The notes: generated by a model not told the origin, from the sequence alone. A DNA stretch of 64,000 bases from an uncultured Pirellulales bacterium (GCA_964406945.1 CAYOTO010000001.1:101502-165501); one strand, 5' to 3'. Positions 38,748-47,736 are shown, counted from the stretch's first letter. Program-made: numbers and translations.

Positions 38748-40258
38748 CAGTCCACCTCCTCCCACGCCCCTGAGACGCGGGATATCGCCGGCGGACCGGT
38801 CGCATCGATCACCTCGGACACCTCGTCTGCCGTCTGCGTCTCACCCCCGGCCGAGCTGTACGGCCGCACGCAGAACTTATACGGTTGCCCCCCGGTCAGA
38901 GCCGCCGAAGTCCACTCGTACTCGCCCGCGCCGCTAAGCACCGCTCGCACCGTACCGTCCGGATTGTCGTAGTCGAAGCCGCTGCCGGAATCTATATATA
39001 TACGGAACTCGGACGGAGCTGCGTCGTGGTCAATCGCCACGTAGGCCCACCGCAGCCGAACCTTGCCGCCGGCCACCGGCTCGATACTAAGCTGCTGCAC
39101 CGCGTTCGGCTCAAGCGGCCGCATTGCACCATCGGACCCGATCCGCACCAGGCAGCTCGGCCCGTCGGCCGACTCCAGGCCGCAGTCGCTCATACTCCGC
39201 CGCGTGTACTTCCAGATTGTCCCTGGCGGCAGGTTCTGCTGGGAGATCGCCGCGCTGCCCTCATCACCGGCGACGACCGCCTGCACACTCTCGTAGTCCA
39301 CATTGGCATCCTGGCCGCGATAGATCGCATCGCAGCCGGCCGTCCGCGTCCAGAACCATCCCTGCGTCAGTGCCGTGCCCAGCTTGAAAGCATTGCTGGT
39401 GCAGCCGTTATACAGCGCCTCCTTGAGCCATCGCTTGGTTATGCTCAGCGAGCCGCCCGCCCATGGGCTTCGCGGCCGGTACCGGACCGTCCCCGACAGT
39501 GCCCCGCCTGCCGCAACCATCCCGCTGATGCTCACGTAGCACGGCCCAGAAAGCGCAGTCGGCGAAAAAGGCCGTTGGCAGACCGCATACGGGTCGCGAG
39601 CCAGCCATCGCACCTCGGCAGCGATAAGCGGTCGACTCCAGATCATCGCGTGCGCAATCTTTGCCTCGGGACTGTACTGGGCCGGGTGGCCCAGCCGGAG
39701 CTGGTAATCGGAGCCTTGGTAAATAGCTCCCACCTGCCCGGATCCCTGAAATATCGCGTCAACGTAGACCGATAGCGTATCGCCGTCATAGACACCGGTC
39801 ACGTTATACCACCGGCCGAGCTCTATAGTCGGCCCGGGAATTGTAAGTTGCGTCCCATCCGATCGCCAATAGATCGCGACGATCTTATCGTGCCAGCCCG
39901 CCCCCATGAGCGACCAGCTGTGCCCACCTGAGTAAATGTAATCCAGTAGGTAACAAGTGGTGCTGCTGCTCGGCAGTGCGTAGAACATCACCCGGATCGT
40001 CCAGGCGTGCGGCCCAAGGTATGTGGCGTCTTCGCCGTCGAGATTCGCGTAGCCGCTGGTGCCGTCGAATTCGATGCCATAGCCCTCCGGCCCGGCTTTC
40101 CAATCATAACCACGCTGCAGCTGCCCCTCGGTCCGGCCGGCCAGGTCAAATAGCATATTGCCGCCGCCCTCGTTGAGCAGCCAGCACCGGTACAATCCCC
40201 GCCGCAGCGGGTGATTGACTTCGAGTTGTGCGCCCCTGATGGGTTTAAGCAGTGGCAC
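38747..40258 (-). CDS. LamG/concanavalin-like lectin domain protein with C-terminal FN3-like region (putative fibre/receptor-binding or decoration protein)
   Basis: WLLNEGGGNMLFDLAG...FDGTSGYANL...WTIRVMFY...LGRWYNVTGVYDGDTLSVYVDA...RLG...AHAMIWSRPL is the typical Laminin_G_3 layout. The C-terminal ~100 aa are beta-rich (RLRWAY...FRIYID). Confidence 0.6.
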   Translation of the reverse strand: MPLLKPIRGAQLEVNHPLRRGLYRCWLLNEGGGNMLFDLAGRTEGQLQRGYDWKAGPEGYGIEFDGTSGYANLDGEDATYLGPHAWTIRVMFYALPSSSTTCYLLDYIYSGGHSWSLMGAGWHDKIVAIYWRSDGTQLTIPGPTIELGRWYNVTGVYDGDTLSVYVDAIFQGSGQVGAIYQGSDYQLRLGHPAQYSPEAKIAHAMIWSRPLIAAEVRWLARDPYAVCQRPFSPTALSGPCYVSISGMVAAGGALSGTVRYRPRSPWAGGSLSITKRWLKEALYNGCTSNAFKLGTALTQGWFWTRTAGCDAIYRGQDANVDYESVQAVVAGDEGSAAISQQNLPPGTIWKYTRRSMSDCGLESADGPSCLVRIGSDGAMRPLEPNAVQQLSIEPVAGGKVRLRWAYVAIDHDAAPSEFRIYIDSGSGFDYDNPDGTVRAVLSGAGEYEWTSAALTGGQPYKFCVRPYSSAGGETQTADEVSEVIDATGPPAISRVSGAWEEVD

Positions 40259-40580
40259 TTAAGGTCACTCCGTAGAATCGGTATTCCATCGCGTACCGCG
40301 TATTAAACGCCTCTTTCCTGTTGTGCCAATCCTCTCGCAGCTTCGCGACAACGTCGGCCTGGCTCTGCTGCCCCGTCACCGTAATCGTCGCCGACATCTC
40401 CACCAGCGTCCCGGCAGCCAGGGCCTCGGCCTCGGCCTGGTCGATAGCGCTTAGCTCGCTGGTCGGCGTCGGCACGACGCCCTCTTTCGGACTATCCACC
40501 GGGATATGGTATACGAGCCTGGCCCGGCCTCTGGCCTCCCCTCCCACTGCCTCCATCTTGCCCACGTGTATATCTGCCAT
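40245..40580 (-). CDS. phage protein of unknown function
   Basis: 111-aa ORF tightly packed in the operon; no recognisable motif. Confidence 0.5.
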   Translation of the reverse strand: MADIHVGKMEAVGGEARGRARLVYHIPVDSPKEGVVPTPTSELSAIDQAEAEALAAGTLVEMSATITVTGQQSQADVVAKLREDWHNRKEAFNTRYAMEYRFYGVTLSATA

Positions 40581-40590
40581 CGTGTTGCTC

Positions 40591-40965
40591 CTAAACCGAC
40601 TGGTACCGCCAGGCCCTCGACTTGGCGGTTACCGTGATTGTATCAGTACTGCCGCTGCGCTTGCAGTACAGTCTGAATTGCGCCACATCGCGGATCGTAA
40701 AGCTGATCTGATTCGGGTCGTTGTCGTTCTCCAGCACCACCGCCTGCAGCGGCGTATCGTCCCAGTTGCTGCCGTCTATCGACGCCTGCACCTGTATTTC
40801 AAGATCGTCCGTCGGGCTGGCCGGAAAGTCCGCATCGACCGTAACGTGCGCCCCTTCGTAGCCGTCCGTCGCCAGGTCCACCGCCGACGAATACGACCCG
40901 GTTGTAACGCTGACCGCGTTCATAATTGTCGCTTCGGACGCCCAGTCCTTCTTTATTGTCGCCAT
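40591..40965 (-). CDS. phage beta-rich module protein (paralogous to 45022..45474 and to the N-terminus of 43225..44175)
   Basis: TDGYEGAHVTVDADFPASPTDDLEIQVQASIDGSNWDD...FRLYCKRSGSTDTITVTAKS. Confidence 0.5.
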   Translation of the reverse strand: MATIKKDWASEATIMNAVSVTTGSYSSAVDLATDGYEGAHVTVDADFPASPTDDLEIQVQASIDGSNWDDTPLQAVVLENDNDPNQISFTIRDVAQFRLYCKRSGSTDTITVTAKSRAWRYQSV

Positions 40966-40975
40966 CTCTAAGCTC

Positions 40976-41365
40976 CTAACTTACAGTCAATTGCAGATCG
41001 CCGGCCTCGAACCTGGGCGCATCGCCCGTGCGGATCTCCTGCGAGCTGTTAAGCGCACCGCTGGCCAGCATATTGCCGCCGCTGACCGCGTCGAACAGCG
41101 CAACATGCGAAACAGTCCCCCAGGAGGCCGTCGCCTCGGGGAAGGTAATGTTGGCGGCATTAGCGATCGTACCGCCCGAAGCCGCAGCCCACTTACCCGC
41201 CGTCGCTGTGCGGGCATAACCGTTGCCGGCGGGCTCGGCGATGGTCGAGCCATCCTCGCCCGGATCCGCCGTCGACAATGCCAGGTAAACCGCAGGCAGA
41301 GCCATCCCCGTCTTGCCGGCGAGCAGTTCCGCAATCTTATTCTCGGTATAATTGCTAAGGCTCAT
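40976..41365 (-). CDS. conserved phage protein (N-Y-x-E-N...GNGYAR...FPEAT-SWG family), function unknown
   Basis: MSLSNYTENKIAELL...PAGNGYARTA...ANITFPEATASWGTVSHVALFDA...GNML. I recognise this pattern from many phage structural modules but cannot name the family. Confidence 0.5.
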   Translation of the reverse strand: MSLSNYTENKIAELLAGKTGMALPAVYLALSTADPGEDGSTIAEPAGNGYARTATAGKWAAASGGTIANAANITFPEATASWGTVSHVALFDAVSGGNMLASGALNSSQEIRTGDAPRFEAGDLQLTVS

Positions 41366-41366
41366 A

Positions 41367-41822
41367 TCAGCTCCGGTCCCGTGTGATGCTGCTCTCGCCG
41401 TCGGTCGGCGTCAGCGTGAGCATCAAAGTCGCTCCATCGTCGTCGTAATGCTGGATAGTCCCCGTCGATTTATTTTGCACGGCTTTGTTAATCAGGACTT
41501 TATCGGCCGTGAGAATGGCCGTGCCCGTCCAAAAGACGATTCGCTGGCCGATCCACGGATCTCCGTCCGCCGGACTTCCGCCGCCCTGATAGAACGTCTG
41601 GACTGTGTACCGGCCCGTACTTATATTGGTGTCGAAGTCGCCGACGAACAAGGATCCTCCCGTCTGAGCCAGCGAAATTGCATAATCGGCCGCCGCCCTG
41701 CCACTGGTGCCCCAATTCTCGAACACCTGGCCGGTGGGCCACCACACCTGGCCGGCCCTGTTACGGATCACAGCGTACACCTGATTGCCCCACGTGTGGG
41801 TCTCGTGAATCTCGTTACTCAC
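41367..41822 (-). CDS. phage protein of unknown function
   Basis: 151-aa ORF, 1-nt gap to its neighbours. Confidence 0.5.
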   Translation of the reverse strand: MSNEIHETHTWGNQVYAVIRNRAGQVWWPTGQVFENWGTSGRAAADYAISLAQTGGSLFVGDFDTNISTGRYTVQTFYQGGGSPADGDPWIGQRIVFWTGTAILTADKVLINKAVQNKSTGTIQHYDDDGATLMLTLTPTDGESSITRDRS

Positions 41823-41824
41823 TG

Positions 41825-42595
41825 TTAGACCTCCTCAGTCCAGGTTCCGTTCTTGGCAATCGTTACCCAGTCGCCGTTTGAGTCGGCAACCAGCTTCAGG
41901 CAGGCCCCGATGGTGCTGCAGGCCTTGTACTTGTCGGCGGTCTGGCCGCTGTCGTCGCGGATCGTCGCGGTGCCGGGGTCGACCCGCAGCTCCTGGGCGG
42001 CCTGGACGGCGAAGGTGTAATTGTCGCCGGCCGCAGGCGAGGCCGGCAGTGTCAAGGTAATCGCCCCGGTCGCCCCCAGATTGGTGAAGACCTTGCCGCA
42101 ATCGGCGGCCGCCACACTGTAGTTCGAGGTCTTCGCCTCCAGGTAGATCCGCTCGCTGTTGTACGCCAGCGCCCACTTTCCGCGAAGGTCCGTGATCGAG
42201 GTGATCGTCCCACTGCTGTTGACCACCACTTCAGCCAGCTTGAGGTGCTCGGTACTCGGCCAGCCGTTGGCGTCGATATCATAGCCGATCGTTCCGTCGG
42301 ATTTCATCCAGACGTAGGTCGTATCGTTGTCGGTCGGATCGATCGCACTGCCGGATGTGTACGTCTTGACAGTTCCGCGCCACACATAAGAGCCGCCGGC
42401 CACCTTGAAGGTAGTCGCCGTGGCCGGGTAAACCGCCAAAGCCCCCGCCCAGTCCTGGCGGTTATGAATCGCCCACAGCATCTGGAGGAACTGGGTATAG
42501 AAGTCGGAGTTGTTCTCCTCGATAGGCTCGATTCCGCGAGCCGAGAGGAACGTCTGTATATCGGCATCGCTGGGATACCCCTGCGTGAAGGACAT
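41825..42595 (-). CDS. phage structural protein of unknown function
   Basis: 256-aa beta-rich ORF. C-terminal VFTNLGATGAITLTLPASPAAGDNYTF motif as seen in phage fibre/appendage proteins. Confidence 0.5.
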   Translation of the reverse strand: MSFTQGYPSDADIQTFLSARGIEPIEENNSDFYTQFLQMLWAIHNRQDWAGALAVYPATATTFKVAGGSYVWRGTVKTYTSGSAIDPTDNDTTYVWMKSDGTIGYDIDANGWPSTEHLKLAEVVVNSSGTITSITDLRGKWALAYNSERIYLEAKTSNYSVAAADCGKVFTNLGATGAITLTLPASPAAGDNYTFAVQAAQELRVDPGTATIRDDSGQTADKYKACSTIGACLKLVADSNGDWVTIAKNGTWTEEV

Positions 42596-42596
42596 A

Positions 42597-42860
42597 TCAG
42601 GTCTCCTGCATCGGCGACATGACCAGGTCGCCTATTATAATTCGCATCTTCAGTTTACGCGCCAGCACCACGAGCTGAGCCAGTGTCGGCAACGCATCGC
42701 GGTCGACCGGCCATCCTGCGGGCATCTCGAAGCCCAGATCGAGCTTATCCCACCGGTAAGCCCCGATACCCAGCTTGTCCATTCTCGCGGCGATCTGCTG
42801 ATCCAGCCGGAGCCTGGCTTGTATGCTCATATCGATTGTCAGCATCTCGACGGCACTCAT
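42597..42860 (-). CDS. small phage protein of unknown function
   Basis: ATG 42860 overlaps the upstream TAA by 1 nt. Only the C-terminal 87 aa of ORF 42597..43025 are used. Confidence 0.45.
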   Translation of the reverse strand: MSAVEMLTIDMSIQARLRLDQQIAARMDKLGIGAYRWDKLDLGFEMPAGWPVDRDALPTLAQLVVLARKLKMRIIIGDLVMSPMQET

Positions 42861-43228
42861 TATCCGCCCCCCATGCACGGCCTGGGCGCAAAGAGCACGC
42901 CTTGGCCGCTGGCGTCGGCCACCATGGCCTTCTTTCGTTTGTGAGCCTGACCGATCCGCCGCTTTGCTTCGCTGATCCTGCCCTCGCAGTAAGCCTTCCA
43001 CGCCGCCGGATCGTGCGTCAGACAATTGCCGTCCGGGTTAAGCCCGACGATCCAGTGGCCGCCCTCCCGCAGCCTGGTGAGTATCTCGCGAACGTGTCGC
43101 CGTTTGGTCTCCCGGCAGCCGCCCAGACCGAGCTTCTCGGCAAGCTCGATGGCTGTCATGGGCCCATCGGCCTGCTGCAGCAGCGTCAGGCAGGCAGCAA
43201 GCTCTTCACGTGTTACGGTCGGCTTCAT
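42860..43228 (-). CDS. winged-helix/HTH-like small protein inside the structural operon
   Basis: ATG 43228 overlaps the connector stop (ATGA). MKPTVTREELAACLTLLQQADGPMTAIELAEKLGLGGCRETKRRHVREILTRLREGGHWIV is a wHTH-like layout. Confidence 0.5.
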   Translation of the reverse strand: MKPTVTREELAACLTLLQQADGPMTAIELAEKLGLGGCRETKRRHVREILTRLREGGHWIVGLNPDGNCLTHDPAAWKAYCEGRISEAKRRIGQAHKRKKAMVADASGQGVLFAPRPCMGGG

Positions 43229-44175
43229 AGCTGCGGCCTCCTGTAGTGGTCCAGTATCTCCCGGACATTCTTCAAGAGTGCTATGGGTTCGTGCTTGGAT
43301 ATCTGAGCGCCCTGGATGCCGACGGAGGACAGGCCGATGTCGTCGCGGCGTTTGAACAGGAACGAGGCCTGCTCGATGGCTGCCTCGCGGAGATCCGCCG
43401 GCAGTGCGTACTCGCCGGATCCGGGGCTCTGGCCCGCCGCTGCGTAGCCGCCGCGATAGACCACCTGCACCGAGTCCGGCTGGGAGGCCCAGTTCAAATA
43501 CATCCGCAGGAGCACTCCGGAGCGGCCGTTTGCCACTATGCGGTAGCCGCTGTCGGCGGTCAGGGCGTCGGCATTGTCGAAGTCGTAGGTGATCGATTCC
43601 TTGATGGAAGTGATGGCGATGATCGGATAGCGCTCGAGCTGCAGGCGGTTGCCCCGGCCGGTATAGTACTCGGTTACGGCGGCGGCCGGTGCGATCAGCG
43701 TGCGGCGGGTCTGCGAATTGAAGATCTCCTCGATGCCGGTAATCAGTCGCGTAAGGGCCGCATCGTAATCGGTGACTGTTATTCCCAGCCGGTCCTTGAC
43801 GTCGGCCAGCGTGCAGATCCTCGCGGTAGAAGAATCGGCCAGCACAATCGCCGTGGCCGTGGTGTCCTCGCCGGCGGCGCACAGGGCCCGGACGCGGATC
43901 CAGTTTGCCGTCTCGGTGAAGGTTTCCTGGGCGGCGGCGCCCGATGCTATCGGAACGGCGGGCACCCCGCCGTGCTGATCGAGGACGGGCGTTACACCGG
44001 CATCAGCGGACGTGTCGATCTGGACATCGGTGATGTCGTTGCCCGAACCGCCGCCGGCGTTGGCGATGACGATCGTGAAGCCTGAAAGCCCGTCGATGCA
44101 GGTCCAGTCCAGCAGTGTGGTCAGATTCTCATCGACGGCTATAGCGGAGCTTGTTTTTGCGACTAATTGCGACAT
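43225..44175 (-). CDS. head-tail connector (gp6-like) with N-terminal beta-module extension
   Basis: LADVKDRLGITVTDYDAALTRLITGIEEIFNSQTRRTLI...YPIIAITSIKE matches the gp6-like head-tail connector pattern. The N-terminal ~110 aa are an extra domain. Confidence 0.6.
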   Translation of the reverse strand: MSQLVAKTSSAIAVDENLTTLLDWTCIDGLSGFTIVIANAGGGSGNDITDVQIDTSADAGVTPVLDQHGGVPAVPIASGAAAQETFTETANWIRVRALCAAGEDTTATAIVLADSSTARICTLADVKDRLGITVTDYDAALTRLITGIEEIFNSQTRRTLIAPAAAVTEYYTGRGNRLQLERYPIIAITSIKESITYDFDNADALTADSGYRIVANGRSGVLLRMYLNWASQPDSVQVVYRGGYAAAGQSPGSGEYALPADLREAAIEQASFLFKRRDDIGLSSVGIQGAQISKHEPIALLKNVREILDHYRRPQL

Positions 44176-44183
44176 TCGTTAGT

Positions 44184-44242
44184 CCGGAGTTCGGAGTTTG
44201 GAGTTCGTTTTAACCACGGATTGGCACGGATTTACACGGATG
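44184..44242. repeat. (GGAGTTy)x3 tandem repeat plus half CACGGATT array
   Basis: CCGGAGTTCGGAGTTTGGAGTTCG, then AACCACGGATTGGCACGGATTTACACGGATG. Confidence 0.8.
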
Positions 44243-44268
44243 CCGGTCGTGGTTATTTGGTGACGTAT

Positions 44269-44928
44269 TTACTTCGAGCGTTTCTTTTTCTTACCTTTTC
44301 CGGGCTGTACTGCCTGTCGTTTGGGCTTTCGGTCATCTTTTGTTTTGGTTTGTCCGTCTTTTTTGGGGTCTTCGGAGTCGCTGTCATTGCCGGTCTCCTG
44401 CGGTTCGAGGGCTTCGATTTCGAGTTCTTCGCCGAGCTGTTCGGCGAGCTGCCGGGCCTTGCGGGCATGCTCTTCGAAGTCCAGGCGGGCTATGTCTCTG
44501 GTGCCCCGGGCCACCTGATAGCGGCCGAGGGCAATGTCATGCAAAGCTGTTGCGCGGATGCGGACGACTTTGGTGCTGTCGGCGTCGGCTTTGGCCGCTC
44601 CGCGTGCTTCGTTGTCCGCAGCGATTGCATTGTCCACGGCGGTCTGGCTTTCGGCGGCAGCGGGCGCCAATTCCTGCAGTTGGTCGCGTTTCTGCTCGTA
44701 AAGTCTGCGACAGTGGCTGACGATGGCCAGTTCGGCTTCGAGCCGCCTGCGCATCTCGGCGCGTCGGGCGGCCTTTTCGTCCCTGTGGGCGTCGTGGGGA
44801 GGCGGGACCTGTTTGAAGTACTTCTTCTTGCCGATCCGCTTTAGCTGGTCTTCGGGCAGGTCGTGGATTGTGTCGGCGGCGAAGAAGCCTTCGGGCCCGG
44901 CGTAGGTGCGTTTGAATTGTACGTACAT
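44269..44928 (-). CDS. coiled-coil phage protein with highly basic C-terminal tail
   Basis: Charged helical core. C-terminus KDDRKPKRQAVQPGKGKKKKRSK. Confidence 0.5.
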   Translation of the reverse strand: MYVQFKRTYAGPEGFFAADTIHDLPEDQLKRIGKKKYFKQVPPPHDAHRDEKAARRAEMRRRLEAELAIVSHCRRLYEQKRDQLQELAPAAAESQTAVDNAIAADNEARGAAKADADSTKVVRIRATALHDIALGRYQVARGTRDIARLDFEEHARKARQLAEQLGEELEIEALEPQETGNDSDSEDPKKDGQTKTKDDRKPKRQAVQPGKGKKKKRSK

Positions 44929-45021
44929 GGCGGTTCCTTTCGTATCGTGTCAATATTGAATTTTGAAGAAGGTCCGGCCGGGGCGTCCGTGCCGCCGACC
45001 GGACACAATACGCTTAAACTG

Positions 45022-45474
45022 TTAGGCCTGAATCAGTTCGGCCAGGCCCTTCTGGGCGGCCGTGGTGGGGCCGCGATCCGCCCTGCTCAAAATGCCGATC
45101 GCGCAGAAGGTTGCGCCCGTTGTGCCGTCGCCGGCGTGCGGGGCGTTGATCCGCATGTATCGCTTGTGGCTCTTGGTCAGGTCCACGTCGATGGCGAACA
45201 GCTTGCCGTCTTCGTCGTCGGCAATCGCATCGGCCAGGGCCGCGCCGCTGATGTCGCTGGCGTCGGAGAAGTCGGCGTTGTCGGCCTCTTCGAGTTTAAC
45301 GGCGTTGCCCTCGGCCGTGGAGCCGATGGGCGTATCGAGTACGCCGACGGCCATGAGCACGCGGAGGTGGTGGTACCCCTGCGTGTCTATGTATGTGTTG
45401 TTGGCGAAGTCGCCGTTGTCTTTGGCCTGCGGGTAGGTGAGCAGGCCGAATGTCATGTTGTCAACATTTATCAT
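45022..45474 (-). CDS. putative capsid accessory/decoration protein (position-based)
   Basis: Immediately downstream of the major capsid gene; beta-rich 150 aa. Confidence 0.4.
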   Translation of the reverse strand: MINVDNMTFGLLTYPQAKDNGDFANNTYIDTQGYHHLRVLMAVGVLDTPIGSTAEGNAVKLEEADNADFSDASDISGAALADAIADDEDGKLFAIDVDLTKSHKRYMRINAPHAGDGTTGATFCAIGILSRADRGPTTAAQKGLAELIQA

Positions 45475-45557
45475 CTGTCAATCCTTTCGATTAACGGTTA
45501 ATCAACTTTCAAAGATCGATTCTCATCGGGTCCGCCGTCCGGCGGTTAAGGCGTCTG

Positions 45558-46877
45558 TCAAGAGGCGGCGAGCTGCAGGACACAGATCGGGCCGGCGTCG
45601 CTGCTGGTGCCGGGCTCGACGATGGTCGGGGCCACACGCTGGGTGCCGCGAATCATGACGATGTCCTGGCTGAACCCGGCGTGCTCGCTGCGGGCGATGG
45701 TCGTCTTGCGGGCGTCGCCCAGGTAAGCGCCCATCCGCAGGTTGCCGAAGACGCAGCAGTACTGGCTGGCCGCCGCAGCCTTGGGCAGCGCCGGGGTCAG
45801 TTCCACCGGATAGCCGAGGAACTCCTTCTGACGCCGCATGCGGTTCATCTGGACCTCCAGGGCGTTTGCACCGCCGGAGGCCAGGGCGACCCGGACCATT
45901 GCGGTGTAGTAGAAGAGGCGGCTGCAGTAGAACTTCAGGTCCATGCCGTCGTCGGCGTATTCGGGAACGGTGCCCAGCAGCGTCTCGAAGTTCGCCAGGG
46001 TCAGGTCCGTATAGGCGGTGCCGGCCCCGGCTACGATGCCGGCGTTACTGGTTACGTTCTTGATTGCGCCGATGATGCCGGTGTGGCCGAAGTAGGTGCT
46101 GGTGCCGTCGCCCAGGAAGCCGACTTCGTCTTCCTTCTTGGCGAAGGCCCGGGCGATCTGGCGGCCGACCAGTTCGCCGACGGCGATGGCCGAGTCCTCA
46201 TCCAGTTCGCTGTCGATGCCGGTGAGCGTGGCCCACTTCTTGGCGGTAAGGCCGACCGTCCCGAACGCCAGGTCGCTCTGGGTGATCGCCGTGCCCGCAC
46301 CGGGGCAGTAGACGGTGAGCCCGCTGGTGAGCTTGGGCGCGATGGCCGAGTCCGAAGGCATGGGGATCTCCTGGGCGTTGCGGCGGAATGCGCCGTAGGC
46401 CTCCTGGAGGACGATGAGGTTCGGGATGAACTCGGTCGGGACCAGGGCGCCGCCGGTGGAGTTGGCGTCCTCGCCCATTGTCTTTAGGCGGACCGAGTCG
46501 ATGCCGTTGGCCTTGCAGTACTCGCGGGCGTTCTTGTTGCCGGCGACCTCGGCCAGAACGACCATGCCGAAGTCCCTGGCCTGCTGCCAGGAATCCCAGA
46601 CGCCGTTGTAGTTGTTGTTGGAATCCTTGACCGCAGCGAAGCGGGTGCGCTTCAGGGTGGCCAGGTCCGCCTTGAGCATGTCGTTCTGGCTCTTGAGTTC
46701 CTCGATCGCATTCTTGTAGGGCGTCTCCTCGGCGGCCTTGCGGGCCTCTTCGAGTTCGGCGACCTTCTGGTCGATCAGGTCGGTGACCTCTTTCTTGGTC
46801 GCCATGTTCTTCTGAATGCCGCCCAGGGCGTCGTTGATCTGCTTGATGGATTGTTCTTCTATCTGTGCTAATGCCAT
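45558..46877 (-). CDS. major capsid protein, HK97 family
   Basis: N-terminal coiled delta-like region, then GGALVPTEF...LTAKKWATL...SEL..DSAIAVGELV...AKKEDEVGFLGDGTS is the typical HK97-fold MCP pattern. Confidence 0.9.
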   Translation of the reverse strand: MALAQIEEQSIKQINDALGGIQKNMATKKEVTDLIDQKVAELEEARKAAEETPYKNAIEELKSQNDMLKADLATLKRTRFAAVKDSNNNYNGVWDSWQQARDFGMVVLAEVAGNKNAREYCKANGIDSVRLKTMGEDANSTGGALVPTEFIPNLIVLQEAYGAFRRNAQEIPMPSDSAIAPKLTSGLTVYCPGAGTAITQSDLAFGTVGLTAKKWATLTGIDSELDEDSAIAVGELVGRQIARAFAKKEDEVGFLGDGTSTYFGHTGIIGAIKNVTSNAGIVAGAGTAYTDLTLANFETLLGTVPEYADDGMDLKFYCSRLFYYTAMVRVALASGGANALEVQMNRMRRQKEFLGYPVELTPALPKAAAASQYCCVFGNLRMGAYLGDARKTTIARSEHAGFSQDIVMIRGTQRVAPTIVEPGTSSDAGPICVLQLAAS

Positions 46878-46879
46878 AG

Positions 46880-47698
46880 TTACACTCCTTGTAACCGTTG
46901 AATCTCTTCGAGTTGCTTGAGAATGGGGGCGGCAACGTCTGCTTCACCGCCGTCGCCGGACTTATCGGGGTGCCCGCCGCCTGAGTAGGCCTCCGCCAGT
47001 CCGTCGGGATCGGTGATCTGCAGTGATTTAAGCTCGTCCAGTTCCTCTCTCATCCACAATTTGAACTGCTCATAATCGGCGGTTAAAGCCGCTTTAAGTT
47101 CGTTTATTTTGGCCGCGAGGGCGTCGTTGACGGCGGCCTTTATGTCGCCGGCTTCGGCGTGGTTGTCGAACATCGCCATTGCCCGGGCCAGGGCCTGGCG
47201 GTTGGACGGGACCGGGACCGCCGATATCTCCAGCAGCTCGATCTCGGTGTAGGTCCTGGTCGGCCAGCCGTAGCGGTTGCGGTTGTCGGTATCCTCCTCC
47301 CACTTGATCGGCATAAAGCCGATGCTGAAGGCCCGCATGTCCCTGTCGCGGTAGAGGATCCAGTACTCCTCGCCCAGATTGGTGTTGGCGAACCGGATCC
47401 GCAGGCCGACTTCGCTGTCGGTGATCTTGATCGTAGCGGGCAGGCCGGAGCCGATGACCGGCGAGGAGCCGGTGGAGAGGCGGTGCTGATGGCAGGCCAG
47501 GATGACGGGATTGTCCCGGAAGTACTTGAGGTTGGCCTTTATCGCCGACGGCAGGATGATATCACCGTCGCGATCCTCGTTGGAGGTGCTGGCGACGGCG
47601 TCGATGGTGCGGTCCTGCTCGTTGATCTGCTTGACCTGCAGGAACAGATAGTTCGGCTCTTTGGGGTCGAAGTCTTTCTGGGCGTCTACATAGAACAT
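46880..47698 (-). CDS. prohead protease, HK97 (S78) family, with C-terminal scaffold-like coiled coil
   Basis: DRTIDAVASTSNEDRDGDIILPSA...ILACHQH...FSIGF...LLEISAVPVPSN. Start chosen at MFYVDAQ. Confidence 0.85.
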   Translation of the reverse strand: MFYVDAQKDFDPKEPNYLFLQVKQINEQDRTIDAVASTSNEDRDGDIILPSAIKANLKYFRDNPVILACHQHRLSTGSSPVIGSGLPATIKITDSEVGLRIRFANTNLGEEYWILYRDRDMRAFSIGFMPIKWEEDTDNRNRYGWPTRTYTEIELLEISAVPVPSNRQALARAMAMFDNHAEAGDIKAAVNDALAAKINELKAALTADYEQFKLWMREELDELKSLQITDPDGLAEAYSGGGHPDKSGDGGEADVAAPILKQLEEIQRLQGV

Positions 47699-47736
47699 TG
47701 TGGCCTCGTATTTCGTCGATTCATATTTCGTGTGTG

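Noticed and set aside
38747-40258. Diversity-generating retroelement targeting the LamG or Cys-rich proteins
   Set aside because: There is no reverse-transcriptase ORF in the window. I could find no template/variable repeat pair by eye near the 3' ends of these genes. This is not excluded for DNA beyond 64 kb.
43229-43882. N-terminal 218 codons of ORF 42860..43882 (340 aa)
   Set aside because: They overlap the connector gene in another frame and are Arg/Pro/Gly-rich. Only the C-terminal 122 aa (from ATG 43228, coupled to the connector stop) look protein-like.
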